A stretch of 64,000 bases of DNA from positions 15,198 through 79,197 of the IMG/VR virus record IMGVR_UViG_3300046499_000591; one strand, 5' to 3'. Each line of letters begins with the position of its first letter. Position 1 is the first letter of the stretch. Both the position numbers and the translations under genes were made by a program. Shown piece by piece: positions 27,378 through 34,834 of the stretch. The notes under the pieces are model-generated. The model searched no databases. It saw nothing but the letters and a program-made list of their open reading frames with translations, and was not told the origin of the DNA. This DNA comes from a virus.

Positions 27378-27583
27378 GAGGGGACCGTACCCCCGCGTAC
27401 CGACAGAGAGCATGAAGCGCGACCCCGCACTCCCCCGCCAAGGGGACTGCAACATGCGGGACCGCGCTTCATGTGGTTGGAGCCAGGCAGCCCAGGCAGG
27501 GGCCCGACTCCTGAACGCTACGGCTCACGGACCGGCGGCCGCCACCCGAACTCAGCTTCCTGGGCGCCGGCGCATCAACTCTG

Positions 27584-28333
27584 CTACGGACGGCCGGAGT
27601 CGAACTGCTTGCCCGGGCCGCGACGCCGGCGCGCACGGGCCCGCTCGTCGGCCTCCCGCTGAATCGAGCCGAACGTCTCCTCACCCTGCCTTTTGCGAAG
27701 GTGGCGGATGTTGTTCGCAGGTATGCCGACCTTCGGCGGCCCGTACACGGCGAGGAGGTCCGACGCCTCCTGGGACGAGTAGCCGGCGGCCTCCATGGCG
27801 GCATCGTCGATGAAGACGTCGGCGTGCCGGTCGTGTTCGAGGTCGATGAGGTGGTCCTCCTTCCCACCCAAGGAGAGCACCCACAGGAAGTTCGCCGGCG
27901 GGTCCGGCTGGACGATCCGGCGAAACCGGTCGACGGCCTTGGTGTACGCGTAAAACGTCACGGCCGGCGTCGCGCGGATGATACGAAGCCAGGCTTCGAC
28001 GTACGCATCGCTGTAGAAGTCACCGCTGTCATGGATGCGGACGTGGGCGCCAGAGGCGTACCGCTTGTGCGTCAACTCCTTGATCATGCGGGCCTCCCAG
28101 CCCGGCATGTCGTCCATGAGCATGGCGAGGTTGCGCTCGTGAGCTGCGAGGACGCCGCGGAACCGGTACGTGCCGGTGCGGGCGTAGCAGAGTTTCACGC
28201 ACGCCTGCGCCTCCGGGCACGTGTTGTATGTGCGACCGTCGGCGAGCCGGCCCGCCCACGCCGGCAGCGACCAATTCCATATGCCTTCGCGGCGTAGCTC
28301 GCTGTTCTGCCGAAGCAGCCATTCGGTAGCCAT
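27584..28333 (-). CDS. GP88-like protein (radical-SAM-like Cys triad)
   Basis: WSLPA, CPEAQACVKLCYAR.G.Y (CX5CX3C), VRIHDSGDFYS and FYAYTK motifs. Confidence 0.7.
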   Translation of the reverse strand: MATEWLLRQNSELRREGIWNWSLPAWAGRLADGRTYNTCPEAQACVKLCYARTGTYRFRGVLAAHERNLAMLMDDMPGWEARMIKELTHKRYASGAHVRIHDSGDFYSDAYVEAWLRIIRATPAVTFYAYTKAVDRFRRIVQPDPPANFLWVLSLGGKEDHLIDLEHDRHADVFIDDAAMEAAGYSSQEASDLLAVYGPPKVGIPANNIRHLRKRQGEETFGSIQREADERARARRRRGPGKQFDSGRP

Positions 28334-28437
28334 ACACGGCTCCCTCCGTCGATGCGATAGGCGGAGGGACGCCTTCCAAGTGATCGCATTATGCGGTCGG
28401 CCTGCGACGAACGCGAATCATCGGCAACGATGCGCCC

Positions 28438-28779
28438 ATGAATCACCACATGATCAGGATTGCGGCCGGCGCCGTCCTCGCCGGCGCGCTCATTACCGGC
28501 TGTTCCAGCAGCGGCCCGACCGCCGACCAGAAGAGATACGCCGACGCCGCGGCGGCCGCCGACCCCGACGACTTCGGCGGGATGAAGACCGACGACCTCG
28601 CCGGCACCCTCGGGGACGAAGGCAAGGAGCTGTGCGACCAGTTGAAGAAGGGCTCGTACGCCGACGCCCTGGCGTACGCCAAGACCGGCTTCCCGGGGAA
28701 GCAAGCGGCCGCGCTCGTCGACGCCGCGGTGCTCGTCAACTGCCCGGACCAGAAGGGGAAGGTGCCGGCCGGATCGTAG
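28438..28779 (+). CDS. Lipoprotein
   Basis: Signal peptide with lipobox (LITG-C-SS); two further Cys that could form a disulfide. Confidence 0.75.
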   Translation: MNHHMIRIAAGAVLAGALITGCSSSGPTADQKRYADAAAAADPDDFGGMKTDDLAGTLGDEGKELCDQLKKGSYADALAYAKTGFPGKQAAALVDAAVLVNCPDQKGKVPAGS

Positions 28780-28797
28780 GCCGGCCCCGGAACGACC

Positions 28798-28828
28798 GAG
28801 CGCCCCCGGGGTACCTCCGGGGGCGCTC
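28798..28828. terminator. Hairpin between the lipoprotein gene and mini-array 1
   Basis: GAGCGCCCCCGG-GGTACCT-CCGGGGGCGCTC. Confidence 0.7.
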
Positions 28829-28830
28829 TG

Positions 28831-28921
28831 GGCCACAGCCCCGCGTGCGCGGGGAGCAGCGGTAGCCCGGTGGTCGACCTACAGTCTCCGCATGGGCCAT
28901 ACCCGACACGTCGGGTGGTGC
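28831..28921 (-). CRISPR. Type I-E-like single-spacer mini-array 1 (degenerate repeat - 33-nt spacer - canonical repeat)
   Basis: Minus strand: GCACC-ACCCGA-CGTG-TCGGGT-ATGGCCCA, spacer TGCGGAGACTGTAGGTCGACCACCGGGCTACCG, then CTGCT-CCCCGC-GCAC-GCGGGG-CTGTGGCC; both repeats have the 5+16+8 I-E geometry. Confidence 0.75.
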
Positions 28922-28996
28922 TCGACCGAGGAGAGGTGTATCTATCTAGGCGAAAGCACACCTGAAGTTGTTGCTTCGATGGTGCCTCGGTCGAGC
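28920..28996. ncRNA. Candidate structured RNA abutting mini-array 1
   Basis: 12-bp closing stem GCTCGACCGAGG/CCTCGGTCGAGC enclosing AGGTGT..GC-GAAA-GC-ACACCT and GAAG..CTTC helices. Confidence 0.45.
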
Positions 28997-29042
28997 GGTT
29001 CAACTATGGCACAGGCCGCTGACACCGTGCAGCCGAACCGGG

Positions 29043-29651
29043 TCACTCGATCGGGCGATGGGCGCGCCGGCACATCGTCCCGCGGCATCCCTGCCGGTAC
29101 CCGCACGGCCGGCCGCACCGGTCGCCGCCGACGCACAGCGCGACGGCGGCCTCGTCGAGGGCGGCCCTAAAGTCGTCGTCGCGGCGGGCGAGCCCGAACA
29201 CCTGGCCCGGGGTCACCTCGGCCCGGACGGCGGCCGCCTCGATGGTGGCGACGTCGCCGGCCGAGACCAGTTCGAGCACCTGCCGGCGCCGCTGCTCGGG
29301 GAACACGGCGTCGGCGGCCGTACGCCGGCGCGTACGGGAGTCGGCGTTGTGCCAGGCCAGGCAGTCATCGCACCCGCAGCCGAGGCGCCACAGCGTCGAC
29401 GGGGCGTAGCGGCTGTGGTCGAGGGCCGGCGGGTCGGTGTCGGCGGCGGCGATGAGGGCCGCGCCGGTCCATACCCGCCCTCGGCCGTCGGCGCCGGGCA
29501 CCCGTTCCCACTCGGCGCCGGGGAACCAGCCGCTGAGGACCAGGGTGTTCGTCGACGACACGGCCAGGCCGAGGAGTTCGGCGAGGTCGGCGGCGCGGTA
29601 CCGGGCGTCGGGGTCGATGCGGTCGACGACGCGGGCGAGGGGGTGGTCCAT
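29043..29651 (-). CDS. HTH + Cys/His zinc-binding protein between the mini-arrays
   Basis: GGGAGA RBS, ATG at 29651; YRAADLAELLGLAVSS HTH; LGCGCDDC..WH; second HTH-like segment; GYRQGCRGTMCRRAH. Confidence 0.75.
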   Translation of the reverse strand: MDHPLARVVDRIDPDARYRAADLAELLGLAVSSTNTLVLSGWFPGAEWERVPGADGRGRVWTGAALIAAADTDPPALDHSRYAPSTLWRLGCGCDDCLAWHNADSRTRRRTAADAVFPEQRRRQVLELVSAGDVATIEAAAVRAEVTPGQVFGLARRDDDFRAALDEAAVALCVGGDRCGRPCGYRQGCRGTMCRRAHRPIE

Positions 29652-29682
29652 GCTTCTCTCCCTGGGTATGGGGGTGTCTGCT

Positions 29683-29768
29683 GCGGTCACCTCCGCATGC
29701 GCGGAGCAGAATCCGGCTCCTCGGCGAGCAGCAGCCAAGGGCGATACCCCCGCGTTTGCGGGGAAGAG
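29683..29768 (-). CRISPR. Type I-E-like single-spacer mini-array 2
   Basis: Minus strand: CTCTT-CCCCGC-AAAC-GCGGGG-GTATCGCC, 28-nt spacer CTTGGCTGCTGCTCGCCGAGGAGCCGGA, then TTCTG-CTCCGC-GCAT-GCGGAG-GTGACCGC. Confidence 0.72.
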
Positions 29769-29816
29769 TTCGACGTCATGATGGCACACTCCGCCGGCAG
29801 CGGGCGGGGAACCGGG

Positions 29817-30032
29817 TCAGTCCTCGTTGTACAGCGACGGGAACGAGCGCCGGGCGACGCCGCCCGTGTAGGCGAGCATGTGGGCCGTCTCCGCCGGCGT
29901 CAACGGCCGTGGATCGCGGAGCCCTTCGGCGAGGCCGTCGGCGAAGCAGCGGCCCAGGTATTCCAGCGCGGCCCGGTCCCGCTCGGCGATGGTGGGCCCC
30001 ATGCCCAGGAGGCGGCGAAGGAGTCGATGCAT
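29817..30032 (-). CDS. Small hypothetical protein, first gene of the mini-array operon
   Basis: MHRLLRRLLGMGPTIAERD..., divergent from the XRE gene. Confidence 0.55.
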   Translation of the reverse strand: MHRLLRRLLGMGPTIAERDRAALEYLGRCFADGLAEGLRDPRPLTPAETAHMLAYTGGVARRSFPSLYNED

Positions 30033-30171
30033 GCCGGCAGCATCGCACGCCGCACCGACATCAGACCGTATGCGAAAGCCCCTCACGTCACAGGTACGTA
30101 AGGGGCGTTCGCAGTCTCCGCCCGGCCGGCCGGGGGTACCGTTCCTAGTGGACGCTAGGAATGGAGCCAGT

Positions 30172-31401
30172 ATGCCCCACTACGCCGACACCGGGGGGAG
30201 CGCAGAGAGCAACGGGCAGCGCCTTGCCCGCCTCCGTGCGCGCCACCGGTGGACTCAGCAACGCCTGGCAGATGAAGCCGGGTACTCTCTCGCAGCCGTG
30301 AAAGCCTACGAACAAGGGCGCCGCAGCCTGGACCGCCCCGCCGTGGTCCTCGCGTTCGCTCACGCCCTGGACTGCCATCCCACCGAGATCACCGGCGGCC
30401 CGTACTCGCCGGTGTCCACCGACACCGAGGGGCAGGTCGCCGTCGCGGCCGTCGCCGCGGTACGCCGCGCCCTGCTGCGGCACGGCCGCCCCACCAGGCC
30501 GGAGGAGCACGAGGTTGCCGCTGTCGACCTGCCGGAGCTACGGCGACGCGTCGCCGAGGGCAACGCCTTCCGCCAGGCCGCGGCTTTAGCGAAGTCCGGT
30601 CCCATCCTGCCCGCACTGCTCCGCGACCTCCAGGTGGCCGCCGAGGTGTGCGAGGGCGACCAACGCCGGGAAGCCTTCGGGCTGCTCTCGTCGGCGTACG
30701 AGTGCGCCATGCAGTACCTCTACAAGCTGGGCCACACCTCGGATGCCACCCTGGCGACCGAGCGGGTGCTGTGGTCCGCGCAGGAGTCCGGCGACCCGCT
30801 CCGCATCCTGGCCTCGCACTGGTACGACGCCGGGGAGTTCCTGTCGATCGGCGAGCACGACGAGGCCGGCGCCATCATCGACGACGCCCTGACCGAGCTG
30901 GGGACGGTCCGCGACCGTACGCCGGAGGTGGTGTCCCTGTGCGGCGCGTTCCTCCTCAAGGCATCGCTGAACTCGGCCCGCTCGGCGGACAACCGGGGCG
31001 CCGAGCAACACCTGGCGAAGGCGAAGACCGCGGCGGAGGAGCTGGGCGGCGACCGCAACGACTACCAGCTGCAATTCGGGCCGACCAACGTGGCCATCTG
31101 GGGTGTGTCCTTGCCGGTGGAGATGGGCAAGGGCCGCGTCGCCGTGGACCGGGCCGAGGGGGTGCGCCTGCCGGCGCAGTTCTCCCCGGAGCGGCACTCG
31201 CACCACTTCATCGACGTGGGCCGCGCGCACTTCTACAACGGGCAGCGCGAGGCGGCTATCGGCGCGTTCCTCAAGGCGGAGCGGCTGGCACCGCAGGCGA
31301 CCCGCATGCATGCCGGTGTGCGGGAGACCGTCGGCACGATGATCCGTACTCAGAAGCGCGGTGAGCTGGTGGAGTTGGGTATCCGGCTCGGCGTCGTGTG
31401 A
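30172..31401 (+). CDS. XRE-family HTH regulator with helical/TPR-like C-terminus
   Basis: GQRLARLRARHRWTQQRLADEAGYSLAAVKAYEQGRR HTH; FGPTNVAIW and ER.APQ motifs typical of Streptomyces XRE proteins; contains a TTA codon at 30586. Confidence 0.88.
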   Translation: MPHYADTGGSAESNGQRLARLRARHRWTQQRLADEAGYSLAAVKAYEQGRRSLDRPAVVLAFAHALDCHPTEITGGPYSPVSTDTEGQVAVAAVAAVRRALLRHGRPTRPEEHEVAAVDLPELRRRVAEGNAFRQAAALAKSGPILPALLRDLQVAAEVCEGDQRREAFGLLSSAYECAMQYLYKLGHTSDATLATERVLWSAQESGDPLRILASHWYDAGEFLSIGEHDEAGAIIDDALTELGTVRDRTPEVVSLCGAFLLKASLNSARSADNRGAEQHLAKAKTAAEELGGDRNDYQLQFGPTNVAIWGVSLPVEMGKGRVAVDRAEGVRLPAQFSPERHSHHFIDVGRAHFYNGQREAAIGAFLKAERLAPQATRMHAGVRETVGTMIRTQKRGELVELGIRLGVV

Positions 31402-31409
31402 GCGTGCAG

Positions 31410-31432
31410 AAGGGCTACGTTTTGTAGCCCTT
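31410..31432. promoter_or_regulatory. Inverted repeat between the XRE gene and its downstream operon
   Basis: AAGGGCTAC-GTTTT-GTAGCCCTT. Confidence 0.55.
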
Positions 31433-31500
31433 GGGTCACCCCCTGGTCCCTACTGTCGGTTGAGTACCCGTCACCGACTTCCCGGGCCAGGGGGTTTCCT

Positions 31501-31902
31501 ATGAGCACCGCGCCACCACCGCTGGCGTTCCTCTACGACCGCTGCTTAACAGAGAACGCCGCGATGCTGGAGCTGCGCTGCACGGCCCTCGCCGAATACG
31601 TCGAGGAGCGGGGCTGGGTAGAGGCCGGCAGCTTCGTCGACTACGGCGACGCGGCACTGACCAACGACAACCGGCCGGCGTTCGACGAGCTGCTGCGCAC
31701 CATGGCGCGCGCCACCGACGTGGACCGGGTGTGCCTGGTGTACGACTGGGGCCGCCTGAGCCACGACGCCGGCCACCGGCAGGTGTTCACCCGCCGGGTC
31801 CTGGGCGCCGGCGGCTGGCTGGCGTCCCTCAACGGGGAGACGGTGCGAATCGGAGCGGTCCCGGACGGGCGGCTGACGAGCGCACCGCAGGCAATCGCAT
31901 GA
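31501..31902 (+). CDS. Stand-alone serine resolvase-like catalytic domain lacking the catalytic Ser
   Basis: FLYDRCL (vs YxRxS), RPAFDELL and VYDWGRLS motifs; no DNA-binding domain; TTA codon at 31546. Confidence 0.7.
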   Translation: MSTAPPPLAFLYDRCLTENAAMLELRCTALAEYVEERGWVEAGSFVDYGDAALTNDNRPAFDELLRTMARATDVDRVCLVYDWGRLSHDAGHRQVFTRRVLGAGGWLASLNGETVRIGAVPDGRLTSAPQAIA

Positions 31903-32543
31903 GCCCCGTGTCCGCACCGACACCGCTCAGGCACAAGGGCCGTCCCGTCCCGTTCATCGCCGCGTGGAGCGCCGAGGTGGTTCCGTTGCCGCGCGTCCTC
32001 GTCACCCCCGTCGGCATCAGGTTGGAGGGGCACCCACCCGACCCGTCATGGGGGGTGACGTGGAAGCCGTGGCTGGACGTCCGGGGTCAGGGCGAGCCCT
32101 ACTTCGACAAGGTCCATGTGTCGCGGCAGCGCTACGTGATGCAGCCCTCTTGCCTGAGGTGTCAGGTGTGCGCCCGGCCCGTGGAGCGGAACGAACACGG
32201 CTGGCCGTGGCTGCTGGAGGACCACCGCGGGGAGCCGGGTTGGCCCGAGCAGGAAGTGACGACGCACCCGCCGGTGTGCCCGGAGTGCCAGCCCGTGTCT
32301 AACCTCCAGTGCACGCCGAACCGGGGCAACTTCGTGTCGGTCCGCGCCCGCCGGGTCCTCATCGACGGCGTGTACGGCGAGCTGTACGAGCCCGGCCGAC
32401 AGCCGGTGAAGACGGTTCTGTTCGCCGGCGATGGGCGGCTGCGGTGGATGCTCGGCGGTCAGGTTGCGGTGACCCTCACCGGCGTCACGGTCGTCGACAT
32501 GGACACCCAGACGCCGGCGCCCCGACAGGCGGTACGCCGATGA
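31899..32543 (+). CDS. Conserved hypothetical Cys-rich protein
   Basis: PVPFIAAWS, RQR..M...CQVC..P and PPVCPEC motifs; ATGA overlap. Confidence 0.7.
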   Translation: MSPVSAPTPLRHKGRPVPFIAAWSAEVVPLPRVLVTPVGIRLEGHPPDPSWGVTWKPWLDVRGQGEPYFDKVHVSRQRYVMQPSCLRCQVCARPVERNEHGWPWLLEDHRGEPGWPEQEVTTHPPVCPECQPVSNLQCTPNRGNFVSVRARRVLIDGVYGELYEPGRQPVKTVLFAGDGRLRWMLGGQVAVTLTGVTVVDMDTQTPAPRQAVRR

Positions 32544-32980
32544 CCGCCCCCGGGGCGCCGGCCGCACCGGCGCGTGTCGACGCCACCCGGATACGCCGCA
32601 CGTACGAAGCGGTCCTGGGAGACCCGCGGATCGGCCCCCCGCCCCTGGCGGACGAGGAGCAGCGGGCGCATTTCGCCGGGCTCCTGCGCGGGCACATGTG
32701 GCTGCTGCTGCCCCCGGTCGAGCAACTGGTGCCCGGCATGGCCGTCCCCTTCAACCGGAGCGCCGCCCGGCACGTCATCACCCGGGCGCGTGGCGTCCTT
32801 GCCGTTCCCGTCCTCGGGGCGTCGTCGGCCGACGACCTCTTCGACCTGGCGACGCTGTCCCGGGCGCTCCTCACTTTGTACGCGCGCCCTGACGACCGCG
32901 AAGGAGGAGCCGCCCCATGGAGGCGCAATGGGTCACCGGTGACTGCTGGCTCGGGTGCGAGCGCACCGGAGTGCCGGTGA
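32540..32980 (+). CDS. Hypothetical protein
   Basis: ATGA overlap; LRGHMWLLLP...ARHVITRAR...DLATLSRALL helical pattern. Confidence 0.6.
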   Translation: MTAPGAPAAPARVDATRIRRTYEAVLGDPRIGPPPLADEEQRAHFAGLLRGHMWLLLPPVEQLVPGMAVPFNRSAARHVITRARGVLAVPVLGASSADDLFDLATLSRALLTLYARPDDREGGAAPWRRNGSPVTAGSGASAPECR

Positions 32981-33105
32981 TCTGGCTCGGCCCGGTGCAG
33001 TGGGACGGGCAGCACGCCCCGTTCATGGTGTGCAAGGGCTGCCTCGACCGCCTCAAGCGGCAGGCGAACGCGTACTTCATGCAGCGGCAGCCGGCTGTCG
33101 CCTGA
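32917..33105 (+). CDS. Small Cys-containing protein
   Basis: GGAG RBS; GDCWLGC...WLGPV...C..C pattern. Confidence 0.6.
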   Translation: MEAQWVTGDCWLGCERTGVPVIWLGPVQWDGQHAPFMVCKGCLDRLKRQANAYFMQRQPAVA

Positions 33106-33239
33106 GCTCCACCGGCCCCCGGCGTGCGTACGCCGGCGGGCCCTCATGACCCCCGTACCCGTGCGGTGCGGGAGCGCCTGGTCGTCGTCCGGCGGCCGGG
33201 TAGGTAGCGCCACGCAATCCGACTGAATCGGAGGGCACC

Positions 33240-33701
33240 ATGGCAACACCGACAATCGACAAGGACCGGGAGACCTACGTGGTCACCCGCGACCCGCGGA
33301 CCTACGTCAAGCCTGACGTGTGGGACCGTGAGGTCATTCTGCTCATGCGCGACTACCCGTTCGACAGGGTCATGGCGGAGCGCATGTTCGCCGGCGCCGT
33401 CTCGTACCTCATCACGGCCATGGAGAAGTGGGGCCAGGGGCTGGAGATGTGCTGCGGGCGGATCGTCGACATCGCCGTCCACACGTTCATCCTCGACACC
33501 CGGAACTACCGGGAGTTCTGCGCGGAGTACTTCGACGGCCGGTTCCTGGAGCACATTCCGGAGATCGCGTTCAAGTACGACGGGAGCGTCGAGCGGACCG
33601 CCCACATCATCGCCGACAACGGGTTCCCCGTGGACTGGTCGCTGTGGGAAGCGGACTTCGCCAAGTGCGGGCCGTGCACTCCCGGCTCCAACTGCCACTG
33701 A
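33240..33701 (+). CDS. Glycine-rich-domain (GRDP/DUF1399-like) protein with C-terminal Cys-rich tail
   Basis: VDIAVHTFILDTRNYREFC...G.FLEH.P motif; ends CGPCTPGSNCH. Confidence 0.65.
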   Translation: MATPTIDKDRETYVVTRDPRTYVKPDVWDREVILLMRDYPFDRVMAERMFAGAVSYLITAMEKWGQGLEMCCGRIVDIAVHTFILDTRNYREFCAEYFDGRFLEHIPEIAFKYDGSVERTAHIIADNGFPVDWSLWEADFAKCGPCTPGSNCH

Positions 33702-33862
33702 CCCCGTAGGCCCGTAGGGGCCACCCCGTGCCCGGGACCGCTTCACGCGGCCCCGGGCACTTTTATGCCCATACGTGCGGGTTTCTGACTTTCACTCACG
33801 CCACCGTGGCGGCGTCGGTAGCGTGACGTCCCTGGAGCACGTCTCTCCCCCGGAGGATCCAC

Positions 33863-34540
33863 ATGTCCAGCGCCGCCCCCCTGACCGCAGCCGAATACTG
33901 GGACAAGTACAAGCCGCACCGCGGCGAGGGGGCCCAGCAGCGCCCCGCGGCGGCCCGCTTCGACTGGACCGGCGTGGACGACCACGGGCCCGGGGCGGAG
34001 ATCCTGGGCGCCCCGAAGGCTGCGCTCGACCTGGGGCCGGCCGAGGGCGAGAACGCCGCCTTCCTGACCCGCGCCGGCGTCGAGGTCACCGGCGTGGACT
34101 TCTCGCCCGTGCAGGTCGCCCGCGCCCGCGAGTTCTGGCGTGACGTCCCCGGGCTGGAGTTCGTCCACGCCGAGGCATGCGCCTTCCTCGACGACGACCT
34201 GCGGTGGTGGGATGCCATCTACTCGACGTGGGGCGCGGTCTGGTTCACCGACCCGGAAGACCTCTTCCCCCGCGTCCTCAAGCGCCTGGCCCCGGGCGGT
34301 GTCTTCGCCTTCTCGCACCGGGAGCCGATCGCCGGCCAGTACGGCGCGCAGCAGATGGGCGGCAAGTGGCTGGAGGGCCGCGAGACGGAACTGACGGTGT
34401 ACCGCTGGCAGTACAGCGCCCCGCAGTGGGCCGACGCCCTCAAACGCCACGGCTTTACCGACGTCCGGGCGGAGGTTCTCCCTCATCCGGACGCCGGCGC
34501 CCTGGGCACGCTTCTGGTCAGGGCGTGCGCCCCTCGGTGA
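33863..34540 (+). CDS. Class I SAM-dependent methyltransferase
   Basis: ALDLGPAEG, VTGVDFS, WDAIYS and LAPGGVFAF motifs; GGAGG RBS. Confidence 0.85.
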   Translation: MSSAAPLTAAEYWDKYKPHRGEGAQQRPAAARFDWTGVDDHGPGAEILGAPKAALDLGPAEGENAAFLTRAGVEVTGVDFSPVQVARAREFWRDVPGLEFVHAEACAFLDDDLRWWDAIYSTWGAVWFTDPEDLFPRVLKRLAPGGVFAFSHREPIAGQYGAQQMGGKWLEGRETELTVYRWQYSAPQWADALKRHGFTDVRAEVLPHPDAGALGTLLVRACAPR

Positions 34541-34599
34541 CCTTCCGTGAAGTTGTGGGTTCCGTTTGCCGCGAGGTTGATCTATACTCGCCCTCGCGC

Positions 34600-34634
34600 G
34601 GGCCGTCACCTCTTGGAGGTGGGGGCCCTTTTTT
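34600..34634 (+). terminator. Intrinsic terminator
   Basis: GGGCC..CACCTC-TTG-GAGGTG..GGCCC followed by TTTTTT. Confidence 0.75.
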
Positions 34635-34737
34635 CATGCCTGGCGGCCCGCGCGATTCCCCCGCCGGCCGGCCTCTCGACGCATGCATGACGTCACGTGC
34701 GCTCATCGCATGAATGCCCTGGTGGGAGCGTTGTTTA

Positions 34738-34834
34738 CTGTTGCGCGCGCATTAGTTACCGGGTAGCTTGTGCAGCGCCGGGTCACCGATCCGGACGACC
34801 CGCGGGCACACACCCCGGGTTGCGCGCGCAACAG
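34738..34834 (+). promoter_or_regulatory. Two CTGTTGCGCGCGCAACAG-type operators
   Basis: CTGTTGCGCGCGCATTAG at 34738-34755 and GGGTTGCGCGCGCAACAG at 34817-34834. Confidence 0.75.

Noticed and set aside
28928-28965. Plus-strand mini-ORF GTG TAT CTA TCT AGG CGA AAG CAC ACC TGA, rich in rare codons (CreT-like tRNA-sequestering toxin idea)
   Set aside because: The GAGGAG lies only 2 nt from the GTG, and the ORF is antisense to the crRNA. Kept only as a hypothesis under the structured-RNA finding.
28779-30172. Complete CRISPR-Cas system or a remnant of a long array
   Set aside because: No cas genes anywhere in the window; each array has one spacer and non-identical repeats.
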